Origin: Takakia lepidozioides
Taxonomy: Eukaryota > Plantae > Bryophyta
Reading direction: 5' to 3'
Length of the DNA: 64,000 nucleotides
Assembly (NCBI GenBank): GCA_030704615.1
Contig: CM060733.1
Location: 60,202,001 to 60,266,000 of the forward strand
Under the pieces are notes generated by a model. It was not told the origin of the DNA, searched no databases, and was given only the letters and a program-made list of their open reading frames with translations. The translations under genes and the position numbers were made by a program. This document shows positions 14,240 to 26,753 of this stretch, in pieces; within the stretch, counting starts at the first letter, position 1, and every line of letters begins with the position of its first letter.

Positions 14240-15112
14240 GATTTGGAGTGCAAACGCATCAGTCTCTGAGGAGGCTACTGTAATTGAAATTTCCAAAAGG
14301 GGTCACCGGTGGACAACCCGATTGTCGATGCACAGTTTGTGTCCGATTTGTCCGCTCGCTTGATAAGGGGTTTCAATGTGAGGAGAGATTGTGCAGCTTA
14401 TGAACTCTGTTGATCTTAGGAAAATCTTTGTTCGAGATAACTTCTGTATTGGCATTTGTATTGATATAAGTATGTTTGTTTGCTGCAAAACTCCGAAGTT
14501 AGCGGAGTGAAAGCCCTGACTGGTTCTGGCGAGGGAAGCTCGTAAGGCACGTCGTCGTTTCGTGAAGGTGGATAATGGACCCAAATCGGCTCATCCCTAC
14601 TACGTTCTTCGAGGAGGGGTACCAGAAGCACTTTCCTCAATGTCTTCGCCATTTCATACCGGTCGTGTGGATGTCCGTCTCGTCTCTAAGCAGAATGGTG
14701 CCCCCCTTGGAAAAGTATCCAAATAGATCTGCTTTCTATGAGGTGATCAAGACTGAAACGAGTGAGGCAGAGCACAGCGAACCCGAAGCTAGCATAGGAG
14801 ACAACTATCGCCACAATCTTCTATAGGATATGGCGGAGCAGGATATCAAGTGTGCAGTATTTGACAGACACGATTTCCCTTGAAAGTGACTGTTATATAC
14901 CAGGTGGATTTCCAGTTCTTCCAGTGTGATCACCCTTTGTTGAGAATTTTAAATGGTTTGGATTCTGCAGGAGCCTCTACTTAGTGTTCTTGGCATCTGC
15001 AACCTTCCCAGGCCCTTTTCTATGTAGTGGGAGATGTAAGCTGGTTGTAGTTAGAGTGATACCGGCTTCTAGCTCACCAACTTCCGATATAGCATTGAAA
15101 GTTAACTAGTGT
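14240..15112. repeat. Copy 1 of an ~870 bp direct segmental duplication (copy 2 at ~50172-51032); probably a decayed gene fragment
   Basis: Long shared strings in the same order, e.g. AACCCGATTGTCGATGCA, TTCAATGTGAGGAGAGATTGTGCAG, GGACCCAAATCGGCTCATCC, GCAGAGCACAGCGAACCCGAAGCTA, GTTAACTAGTGT. Confidence 0.9.
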
Positions 15113-16189
15113 TCTCTTGTGCGTCTGTGGAGACTTTTGATAACCTCTTGATAACACTGTCCATTCACGCGACAGTAGTTTGCAAGGTCTTTTTCTGCTG
15201 CTTGCTTGCTCGACTCAACCCATTGGCCACTGGGTTGCGCGGAAAGGTGGAAAGGGATTGATTTGGCCACTGGGTCTTCTGTCGCCGGTTCTTTAGGGGC
15301 ACCATGCCAGGAAGCAATGCGGTTGTAGTTACAGGTGTAATTAGCCGCTCGGAAAAGGATGCATCACAGCTTTTCGATCGTCTTCTGGATGCCCATGTAT
15401 TTGGTGGAGAGGGGAGGTGTGTGTGCTTCGAACCAAGGATGGTCGGGGATCCTCTGGGCTCCAACCAGCCGGTACTTCTGCCTGTGGGAGGTCGAGGCGG
15501 CTGAGATGCGACCATTTTGATCACGAGAGTGCAAATGTAACCTTCTTCCAGTTTCCCAATTGTGAGAATTTGTTGCCCTCTCTGGCTATGCAATCTAGCG
15601 ACAGTGACAGCTCCCTCAAAGTGTCGGCATGGAGTCTTGTCTCTCTCTCACTCAGCACTAGACTGAAATTTAAACTCAGGGTGGGAATTTTGAGGCTGAG
15701 CCTAAAACCCTGTCCCTGTTGGAGTATAATTGCTGGGAGCTCACACACAGCAAGTTGATGTTTGTGTGAAGGTCCAAGCAATGATCGGACGCTGTTTTGA
15801 AAAACGAGTCAGCAAAACATTGAACCTCCAGGCACGGAATAGATCTTTTTATGGGGTTTTATTTCTCTATTTAAGAGGTTCTTGTTAACCCTTGTACAGT
15901 CACCTCAGGGTCTTCTATTCAATATCCATGGAAACTGTCACCAAATAGAAAAGTGCAGAGCTCACTTGGCCCCCTACTACCTCAAAAAAATTCAGAGAAT
16001 ATGCTACTAGGTATAACGATTTAGGTTATTTTGGGGAAGCAATTCATCAAAATTCCAGCTTTTTATTGGGAGCACAGTCTTCACCATTCGGGGGATTCTG
16101 GATTTGGGGGGGGTTATTCATCATTACCTCTACTTCTATTAATTTATTATGTCAGGTTTGCATTTTTCTTTTGGGGCCCTGCCTGTGTA

Positions 16190-16751
16190 GAGCCCCTAGG
16201 TACTAGTAAGTAGTAAGAATAGATAGTAAGATGCAAGGGAAGAGAGCCCGGTTCTCTTTATATATCCTCATGGGGCGCGGTGGAACCCTTCTGGCCCTTC
16301 AAGCGGTGGGACCTTCTAGAAGGTTGCTGACACGTCACTCTTAGAAACCACCACGCCTGCTTACCCCAATCTAACCATTAGTCCCTTCCCCCCCTTTGGA
16401 ATTCGACAGAGAATAGAGGTAAAAGATGAACTGATTACTAAGAACTCTCCACCCAACCATAGGACCACAATAAGCTGTCTGTCCACCCTCCGAGCTCTCC
16501 CTATTTATACTCAAAGTCTAATCCAGAATTAACTGAGATAACTATAGCATAACTCCATGCTTTTTCTTAAGTTATCTCCACCTGCTATTCTGGTACAATG
16601 ACTTGAGTCACTAATTTTAGCTACCTTTTAGCTAACCAAGGCTTATCTCTATTGTTAACTGTGACTTGTCAGCACTCCTATTATGGAAGCCTGACTTGTC
16701 ATCACAGTAACTCTAGGTAGTAGTAACTTGGTCGGGAGTTGATTTCCAACA
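16190..16751 (-). repeat. 3' LTR region of the copia element (left boundary uncertain)
   Basis: On the minus strand the PPT-like GAGTGGGGG is followed by TGTTGGAAATC starting at 16751; TATAAATAG at ~16501-16509. Confidence 0.55.
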
Positions 16752-19392
16752 CCCCCACTCAACCAGTTATCAAGTTAAGCACTTAACTACTCCCATCAAG
16801 CCTCGAAAGCGTTCAAGCTTTTCAGCACTAAGCCCTTTTGTCAGTATTTCTGCAACCATGTTGTTGGTGTTGCAATATACAAGCTTGACAACTCCAGCTT
16901 TAGTCTTTTTCTCGTACCAAATGATGATGAATTTCAATATGCTTTGTGCGAGCATGAAACATTGGATTCTTTGAGAGAGCAATACACCCTTGGTTGTCAT
17001 CATATATGACCATGGTATCCTTCTGAATACTAGATAGAAATGATGATAACCATAATGCTTGCCTTGTAGCTTGAGATGCAACCATATATTTTGCTTAGTC
17101 GAGGACATAGTAATTGTAGATTGTTTCTTGCTGCTCCAACTTACAGCTTCATTTGCTAGCATAAAAACATAGCCAGATGTAGAGTGCCGGTCATCAACAT
17201 TACCAGCCCAATCTGCATCACAATAGCCGTATAGCTCTGTGCTTTTGCAAGCACTATCTTAGATACCATATGAACCCACTTGATCCAACTAAACATTATC
17301 ATTGTTCTTTCTCAAGCACAAACCATAGTCCAGTGTGCCTCTCAGATAACGGAAAATCCGCTTTATTGCAACCCAATGGAGTTGCCCAGGGTTAGCCACA
17401 AATTGGCTTACGACCCCCACTGCTTATGCAATATCTGGCCTTGCACAAACCATTGCATACATGAGATTTCCCACAACACTCTGATAGGGAACATCTCTCA
17501 TTGTCTCCAAGTCTGCAGCACTCTTAGGACTCATCTCCTTTGGGAGTTTGCAATTTGGGACAAACGGGGTATTTACCGGCATACTTTCAGCCATACCAAA
17601 GCGCCTTAAAATATCTTTAAGATACTTACTCTTGTTCAGGTAAATCGCTCGGTCTTGTCGAACACGAGTTACCGATACCCCCAAGCAGTACTGGATCTTT
17701 TTCAGATCCACCATCTCAAACTTCATTGAGATATCGCTCTTTGTCTTTTTCAACAGAGCCTGATCACCACATGATCACAAGATCTCTTTCAGATCCACCA
17801 TCTCAAACCTCTTTGAGATATCACTTTGTCTTTCTCAACAAAGCCTGATCAACATATGATCACATGATCTTTTTCAGATCCACTATCTCAAACTCCTTTG
17901 AGATATTACTCTGTATATGTTTCAACAGAGCCAAGTCATTAGAGACCAAAATCAGATCATCAACGTACAGTGTTATGATCACAAAAGAGTTTCCATGAGC
18001 CCTCTTATAGTAAACACTATAATCAGTAGAGCTCCTCTCAAACTCTTCAGCCATGAAATATGCATCAATCTTAGCATTCCATGCCCTAGGGGATTGCTTC
18101 AAACCATACAAGGACTTGATGAGCTTACACACCATCTTTTCTTTCTCTTTTACAGCAAATCCCTCCGGCTGGTCCATGTATATTTCTTCCATAAGATCTC
18201 CATTAAGAAAGGCTGTACATACATCCATCTGATGTACCTCAAGATTTTCAACAGCTGCAAACGCTAGAATCACTCGAATTGACTCCATCCGTGCAACAGG
18301 GAGAAGGTTTTATTATAATCAATACCTTCAATTTGCGAAAACCTTTTTGCAACCAAGCGCGCTTTGTACTTTGTTACAGAACCATCTGCATTGTACTTAA
18401 TCTTGAAAATCCATTTGCAGCCAACAGACTACCGTCCAGATGGAAGTTGAACAAGACTCCAAGTCTTATTATCCTGAGGAGACTTAAACTCAGATGCCAT
18501 AGCTTCCTTCCAGTGTGAAGAGTTCCCACTCCTCATTGCATCTGACACACTTTGAGGTTCATTACTGTCAATGAAATAGGTAGAAGATACCTTTGAGGGT
18601 TTTTCAATCATAGTAGATTGTACCTCTTCCATTTGAACCTCAACTATCTCTTCAACAATCTTCTCTTCCATTTTATCTTCATGAGTCAGAGCCAAGTTCT
18701 TTTTTTCATGGTCCAAACTTGGAACTATTGTTTCCTGATGAAAGTTCATGGACTCGTTGAATATCACATCACGACTGATGATCATATACTTGCTCTGAGG
18801 GTTATATATACAACTTATACCCTTTGGTTTCCTCTCAATAACCAATGAAGATACATGATTGCTTTTGCATCTAATTTCTTCCTTATCTCTTTTGGAACAT
18901 GAACAAAAGCAATACAACCAAAGACTCACAAACGATCACTTATGAAGGTTTCTCACCCTTCCATACCTCTTTAGGTGTCTTTGTAGAGATTGTCTTATTA
19001 GGAAGTCGATTATAGAGATATGTTGCAGTCGCCACTGCTTCTACCTAGAAACATGGTCCAACCTCATGTGTTGCAACATACACCTCACACTTTCAACAAG
19101 CGTTCGATTCTTCCTCTCTGCAACTCCATTCTGCTTTAGCATATATGGTGTGATTGATTGTTTCACAATACCATTTTCCTTATAGAATTGATTAAAATTC
19201 CTTGAGATGTACTCACCACCGCCATCACACCGAAGTATTTTAATCATTTCTCCAGTTTGATTCTCCACCAAAGCTTTGAATGCTTTGAACCTATCGAGAA
19301 CTCCAAACTTATTTTACATCATGTAAAGAAATATTTTCTTAGAAAACTCATCAGTGAAGGTCAAGAAATACTTTGCACCTTCATGAGATTCA
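16752..19392 (-). mobile_element. Degenerate Ty1/copia pol (integrase, RT, RNase H), 5' truncated
   Basis: Integrase (GAKYFLTFTDE, LRCDGGGEY, QNGVAERKNRTL), RT (HQMDVCTAFLNGDL, KSLYGLKQSPRAW, LYVDDLIL) and RNase H (GYCDADWAG, VSWSSKKQ, DNQGCI, HARTKHI) in copia order. Several stops/frameshifts; a triplicated ~85 bp segment at ~17690-17930. Confidence 0.95.
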
Positions 19393-21813
19393 AATTTGGT
19401 GCATGAACACATGGTAATAATGTGATTTCATGCCAGATAGTTTTTTCTTTACCACGTGTTTTTTGAAAGCTGATGCGTATCTTGTGGGTACTTTAAGGTT
19501 TCGCACAGTGTCTAAGAAAACTTTCAACTCAGCTTCAGTCAGAACATAAGGAGTAGGAGGCATGATTAACGTATTTGCCCTATCTGGATGTCGTTGCAAC
19601 CACAATGATGGACGCAGCCCAAGTAATTCAAGATCACGCCGAACCTTCAATGTATCTTTCTCCCCAAAAATAGTCTTAATGATATTCTCTGCAAAGTTCT
19701 TCTCGCAATGCATAGCATCAAACGTATGTCGTATGAGGAGGCCCTCCCAGTAAGGCAAGGCATATAAGATTGATAATCGCTTCACTCCGTGAGATTTGGA
19801 AGGGTCTGATGGCGTATGTGGTTTCCCCCCTGCTGCTATCCATGCAATCAGGTCAATTGCACGTTTCTTTATTTGTGTTCCCGTCTGCGTTTGTGGAGCC
19901 ACTTTATGCTCAACAACACCATTGAACAATCTTGATCTTCTATACGGATGGTTGTGGGCAAGAAATCTCCAATGGCCCAGGAACGCAGTCTTCGAACATG
20001 CATGTAAATGCTATGAATCCACCTCGGGTCCACAGGCTGGACAACCAGCATAACCTTTAGTAACCTGATCCGCGAGCAAGCCATATGCACGGTAATCATG
20101 GATTGACCATAGCAGCAATGCCCGTAGCAAGAATTGGCGTTGTTGGAGAGCTTGGGAAACATCGTAAGCTATGATGCCTCTCCACAATTCCTGTAGCTCC
20201 TCTACTAGGGGCATCAAATACACATCAATGTTCGCAGATGTAATAGACTCCTTTCTAGGGATAAGGAGTGCTAACATGACGAAAAACTTCTTTATCATCA
20301 ACCATGGAGGCAAATTATAGTTGACCAACAGGATGGGCCATGTGCTCCAACTCGTGGATTGAGCACTGTATGGATTTACTCCATCTAAGGCTAATCCAAA
20401 TCGTACATTTTGTGGTTCTGAAGCAAAATCCGCAAATGTGGAGTCAACGTGGGCCCAGGCTTTGATATCAGATGGATGTTGAACCAATCCATCCTGACTC
20501 TAATGTCTGAAGTGTCATGTCATAAGGTGCGCGATTGATTTGCATCGATACATGTGTTTCAACCTTGGGATGACAGGGAAATGTCGTAGTATTTATCTGG
20601 GTACAGTCCCACGACCAGGAATATAACGCGACGTCTTGCACTCCGGGCAAAATTCTGCTTTTTCATTCTCCCCATGGAAGAGTACACAGCCTTTCTTGAA
20701 GGCATGGATCTGGGTGTACTGCAATCCCATCTTCGCAATCATAGTTCTGGCTTCATAATTAGTTTTCGGCAGAGAATTCTGTTTCGGCAAAAAACTTTTG
20801 CGCAACAATCCAAGAAGCTCATCCACAAAGCCATTGGTGCACTTGTGGGTGGTGCACAAGTTGAGCAAGTGCAAAGTAGCTTCAAATCGGCTGATCGAGC
20901 TCCCTTCGTAGAGTTTACACTGAGATTGTCGAAATAGCGTATCGTAGTTGGGGTCAACTCCGTGACTCAGGTTTGGGCCATTCTCTGCATTCTTTGCATT
21001 GTCCATGGATTCTTCCTCGTTGGGGCTGTCTTCGGCCCGAGTTCCACCATTAATCGGATCCTCCTTGTTTGCATCCGCAAACTCAAAAGCTTCCTGCAAT
21101 GCTCGTTGAATTTTTGCCTCCACACCACCTTCATGATCCGTATTGTTCTCCCTTTCATTAGGCCCCTGCCCAAACTCAGCCCGATCCTCCTCGTCATCAG
21201 AATCAGCATGTCCCTACATCCCGTGTTTCCCACGGTTCATTCACAGTATATGTACATTATGACATGTGGACAAATGTAGTCATGGCTATCACTACATCAC
21301 TTCAATTTGAGCAACGACATTGTGACACATGGCAGATAGTTCTAGTGACATAGTCATGTTCCTATATGTGTTTATGACTACACGACTACAACTAGCCAAC
21401 GACATATCGACATGTGTATAAAGGGTAGTCATAGACACAACTACATGACTACAACTCGCCAATCAACTTTCGACATGTGGAGTGGTGAAGTCATGGCTAC
21501 TACTACCACACCAAAATGGTTTCAAAATTCAAACTTGGAGATTGCTAAGTCCTGAAGGACAGTGTACTTCCTGTGGATGTACCGGAATAGTACAGCTGCG
21601 CAAAGTTGGATCCCTCTTATGTTTGAGGTAGTGCTTCTTCACTGTCTCCAACAACTGCCATTTGGATCCATGACATTCAGTGCAATTGCAAAGCATTTTC
21701 TTGTTCCCATTTGATATGGCGTACGCCTCCTCGAGTCGCCATAGTCTGTCATCTCGTAATCGCATGCGTGGCTCATATGCACCATGACGGCCGAACAGAC
21801 GTTGAACGTTCAT
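19390..21813 (-). pseudogene. CACTA/En-Spm transposase (TnpD, Transposase_21 type), N-terminal part
   Basis: LCNCTECH N-terminal domain; YTQIHAFKKGCVLF...CPECKTSRY; NVRFGLALDGVNPY...STWPILLVNYNLPPWL; ALLLWSIHDY; LPYW...DAMHCEKN; MKSHYYHVFMHQI, where it abruptly joins the copia integrase. Confidence 0.93.
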
Positions 21814-22399
21814 AGCTCGTAGTATGCAATACCCTGTAGAGCCTCTGCAAGTTTGTGTCCTCAGTGCTCTCTCTACAATATATCTACCTCTTGCGGTGTG
21901 TGCTAGTGAGCTGCATGATCATTCATGGTGAAGTCCAAGGTTGTCATTGCTCCTCTCACTGAATGCGAGAAGCTACGTGAGGCTAACATTGCCATCGTGA
22001 AGGATGCCACGGCAAAGTTGAAGCAGGACTTCGAAAGGTAAGGATCGAACAGCTCAGTGACCCAATCCTTTGACAATGCATGCATGGCTAACAGTGTGAT
22101 CTCTTCCCATTTGCACGGTAGATGAGGTGTGATCGAGAGGCGGCGATGTTGGTGTGAATGTAGAAAAGGCTTGAAAAGTGCAAGTTGAGTGTAGTTTAGG
22201 GTATAGGAGTGCATTCATAGCAGTAGGCGGGAGTGAACCGCATTTGACGGGCAGCCATTGGGACAGCGGTAAGGCACTTCATCGTTTTCCAGCTCCTTTA
22301 TGAACATTAGGGTATGAGCTGCATTTGTCTGTGTTAGTCGTTTAAGAGGGGAGATAGTCAAGTAACATGTGGGCCGCAATGGAAGTATTTTTGCAGGAT

Positions 22400-24312
22400 T
22401 ACGGGTGTGAAACCGCGTCGGAAGGCACGGTCTCGTGGAGCTCCTATCAAAGGTCCGGCAAGACGAAGTGCCCGACTCGTCACCATGACTCGTACAACTG
22501 CCAAGCCCAAAGTAATTTTTGACATAGACGACGACGATCCTTACCTCCCACCACAAAAGGGATCAGTACAGGAAGGGACTGGGGATTCAGCCGACTCCAT
22601 GTTGGAGGACGCAGATGCAGGCACAGTGACGCAGGCAGGGAAAAAACGTGGTGCAGGCACACCGTCTCCATCTGTGAGTGCATTTTATGGGCATATTTGT
22701 AGTCTCTCACCACTTATTCCGAAGGTGAGCACAACCTCATGAGTGCCGAATAGTATCATGCGGACTTCATTAGGGGCCATGATCCGGGGAGGGATTGTCT
22801 AAATACTTGGCAGATTTAATTGCGTGTCAATATTCTTCTTCTTTCTGTTCTGTCTCTTCCGTGCTTTGTAGGTTTGTCCCTCGTTTGCATGTTTGGTTTC
22901 GAAGGGGGTGTGCTGTCATAAGCACATTCTCTATCTAGATTTAGCTTGTGCGTTTCTGTCTGTCCATTTTTTGAGTGGAGGAGTTGCACCATTGCCCATG
23001 TGCATATGGCCCCCATATTCCATAGCATTATTTACAACTTTGTAAGCAGTAGGTCTCGTATGTTGAGCACATTCCATCTTTTCTCACAGCTTTTAGGTAT
23101 GCCCCTCCCTACTGCATGTTTGGTATGGATTTCAGGCAAAACCCATACATAAAAGGGGTCGGAAAAGTCTTGGGCGCACATCATTGAAGCCAATCCAATT
23201 TGGCCAATTTTCTAGCCAAGATCTGTCTGATTTTTGGGTAATCAGACCTGTACAAATCATGCGTACTGTTTATACTTTATGGCACCTTTATATCATGATA
23301 TGGTGTGGTCCTTGTAGTTGGATTTACTTGGCATTGTGTTTCATGTATGGAAACCCAGGGCAAGCAAAAACAGAAGCAGAAAAATGCCACAGGAGTCGGC
23401 CCTCAGTCCTCCCAGGTTTTCCATACTCAGCCACCAATACCAGGCTTTCAATATCGCTCCTTGCCTCAGTACCCGGCTCCCAACCAGCATCCACCCACTG
23501 GCAATGTGGAGGGTCAGTATGCAACGGCCCCCCAACACAATTATGCAGCTGGCCAGCCCTTATGCTCCTCCTCCATATCGCCCACCTCCTCCTTATTATG
23601 GAGGTGGCAAGCCACCTGAATATCCTCCTCCGTATGCACAGGTCCCATATGACTATATGGATCCTCGAGTGGTTCCCAACCACCATGGCCACCGATGGGT
23701 AGCTGGCCGAATCAACCCTTCAACGTTCCCGCACAGGTGCCAGCGGTTCAACCTGCAAGGGATGTGGTTCAATCAAAGGCTGACAAACCAATGCCTTGAG
23801 ACGAGCAAATTATGTTGTGAAGGCCGCGGCATATAAAGTGAAGGAAAAAAGAGAGGCAGAAGGTCTTCCTGCAACTGTAGTTGTTGTGAACAAGGCAGGA
23901 AAACCAGTTGGTCAAACGAGGAATGTTTGGCATGCGGCCCTCAAAGGTCACGTTCATCGTATCTGTGATCCTTCTATAGCCATCAACTATCAGCCTAATG
24001 AGATCATTGAAGAACTCAAAGAAATCCTGGCCAAGCTATTTGAATATGTCCCACGTGACTTTGATGATATTGCGTTGCGAAACACAATAGGCACAATTAT
24101 GAAGTCCCGACGGCATGACTTGCACAAGGAATGGCAGAAAGGTGGGGGGAAACCCATGGACGTGTCTGATGAGCATTGGAAGAGCATCACCTCCTACTGG
24201 AGTACAGAACAGTACTCCAAAGTGCAGACCCACTTGAAGACAGCAAATGCCTGCATTCAAAATCACACCAAAACGGGCCGGGGAGGGAAGGACAGCATGG
24301 AGGCACGCTTAG
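22400..24312 (+). pseudogene. CACTA accessory gene (TnpA / Ptta-En-Spm-like), multi-exon, decayed
   Basis: Basic and Pro/Tyr-rich N-terminal pieces, then IMKSRRHDLHKEW...SDEHWKSITSYWSTEQYSKVQTHLKTANACIQNHTKTGRGG, resembling the W..W...N...H..G pattern of TnpA-like proteins; followed by a GTAAG donor. Confidence 0.65.
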
Positions 24313-24577
24313 TAAGAACCCTCATGAGCTTTCTCACTGTACTCCTCTCAATACATTCCATGAATGCCAATCTTTATGCTGGTTGGCTTATGGTTTAGTA
24401 TTTCAAGCAATTTTGGAGCTGAGCTTTAGTATAAAATTATTTCTGTGCTGACATGATTGTTCAATCTTGACGTTGCATTATCTTCAGTGGTTTTGTTATG
24501 GTTTTGTATGGTTGAGCCATTGAGTACAAATTGCACATTGGCTTCATATTGTTTGTTATGTTGGGTTCATATGTAGG

Positions 24578-25020
24578 AAAGATAAACCGGTGCTGCAAAG
24601 CTCGCAACTTCATTCCGATGGTGGACTTTATTTTCAAAGGGCACACTAATCTTATTTTCCAGTGGGATGCCCTTTACTGTGAAGAGCTTACTGACCCATT
24701 GGCTAGGGGGGCTGATGCAAAGCCCATATATTTGAAGAACCTATCAAGAGTGTGGGCAAAGTGGCCAGAATGGGGTCCTAAAGACACTCTTCTTGTTGAT
24801 GACACACCAAGAAAGGCATCAAACAATCCTCCATTTAGTGGGATATATCCGGAGCCATGGAAAATGCGATCATCAGGGCCAAAAGATGGCTATCTACTCG
24901 ATGTGTTGTGGCCGTTCTTGGAGAGGGCAAGCAAGACTCCTAGTATTCCACAGTTTCTGAAGTCTGAGCCTCTCTTTGGACAACAACCCTACAATTCTAC
25001 TCAGTGTAATCGTCAGAAGG
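24578..25020 (+). pseudogene. FCP1/NIF-family HAD phosphatase-like fragment inside the CACTA element
   Basis: KPIYLKNLSRVWAKWPEWGPKDTLLVDDTPRKASNNPPFSGIYPEPW matches the C-terminal KxL..W...TLLVDDxPxK..NP motif of FCP1-homology proteins; the N-terminal DxDxT motif is not seen. Confidence 0.7.
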
Positions 25021-26178
25021 TACAACAATGTAATGTAAGTGTGGTCCACATTTGGAATTCTTGGGTTGCTTGTGAATTGCATGAGCAGTGGGTTTCTCTT
25101 GAGTGAGCTATGTAACTAGTGTATTTCAGGTTGTAATACCACTGAAGAAATTGTAATGGTTTGTGATATAGGGACCTATGATGAAGCGGCTCCATGTTGT
25201 CAACAAGTCAGCAGAGGAGCTGGAAAGTAGCCCTCTCAAGCAATTCTCGCAACCGCCTGAAAGTCATCTTGGTGTAAGTCCATGACCTTCTTTTCCAATT
25301 TTGTTTATGTGGCCACTGGAGTGTAGACTACCGTCCTTCACGTTTGTTGTATTCTTGTGGTCATAGACTCCGCATCCAGTGGGAGACCATTGTGAGGGAT
25401 TTACTTCAGTTTATTGCCAAGGGTAGGTACATAAAGTACTCATAAGACCTTGCGTTTGGCATAGTCTTTTGGGTTGGTAGGTGGAGAGAACGAAATTGAA
25501 ATGTGTGTGTGTGTATGTATGTTGTTTGCTGCAACTTGTTGGCTGTAGACCTTCATGCCTACCCTTCCTCCCTCCTCTCCCTCCATCCATCCCTATTAAT
25601 AGTTGCAGCCCCGTGTTGGGGGATGTGGTAGGAAGCACCACACTTTGGAGTTTGAAGCTACTGAGACATGAGGTTTAGGAAGTTCTACTGCTTTGTTTGT
25701 CAATAAAGCCCTTACTTCTAGCAGTATCTGTTGAATCTAGTTTTTTCCAGGTAAGTGTTTAGCGACATTGTGATTGAACAATGAAGCATATTTTGTGAAT
25801 CTATATACAAAGACTGGTTCGAACACCACATGAATGTGTGTGCTATGATTGTGATGTTGTTGTTTCTATGGATGGCATGTTTGATTGTAGTTGTCTTTCA
25901 GACTGTATGATATTGGTGCTTCTGTCAGTCTATGCAACAGGGTTGGTGGTAGAATCTTTCTTTGTCACACTTTGCAACTGCCAGCAGGGTTGGGGGTCCA
26001 CTCTTTGGTCATTGGAAGATTAATGCAGGCTCTCCTTCCCTGCAGAGGGAGTGTGTCTTGATATAGAGGGCCAATTGCTTTGCCAATTGCTGTGCTTATG
26101 AGAGCTCCACATGGTTTGTTTAAATTTCATATTAATTTACTTTAATTTACTATTTAAATTAGTCATTTGAAATTGAAT

Positions 26179-26467
26179 TATATATATATATATATATATA
26201 TAAATCTACATGACCTACACGTGTCATTCACACATACTCCAACAAGACCACGTGGCATCTGTAGTGTTGTAGTGATATAGTCACACCCATAGTAATGTAG
26301 TCATACATGTATTCAGGAAATGTGCCACATGTCATCTTTAGCGATCAGCGTAGCTACGGCGTGAGCCCAGCCCCGTGAGCCTGGGAGCTGAGCTCACGTT
26401 GTAGTTGCAAAGCGTGAGCTGAGCTCACGCTTCAGGGAAGCGTGAGCGGCACAAATCTGCTGGAGAA
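26179..26467. repeat. (TA)n tract, CACTA subterminal repeats and a probable decayed terminus
   Basis: GTAGTC/GTAGTG motifs and repeated GCGTGAGC(TGAGCTCACG) motifs in both orientations, ending GCACAAATCTGCTGGAG, which resembles the intact CACTA end GATCTGTTGTAGTG at 48276. Confidence 0.6.
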
Positions 26468-26753
26468 GCAGGTCCTATAGGCGAGGATTGCAGGAAGATG
26501 GCCTATTACCATGGACAAAACAAAGGGGGCCACCATGCACCATGTCTGCAATGCCTGCACAAAAAGAGGAATATGAAATTGAGCTCAGAATGATTGACAC
26601 ACTTTATTTCGATTCACAGATAGACGCTTACAATGAATTGCATGTGCATTTTCCCTGGTTCCGCGAACGGAATGTATGTGTTTGTCCTAAATGCAAAGTC
26701 TTTACACGGTAACCTAGAAACCAACATGGGAAGCGGGCATGGCTCGTATGTGT

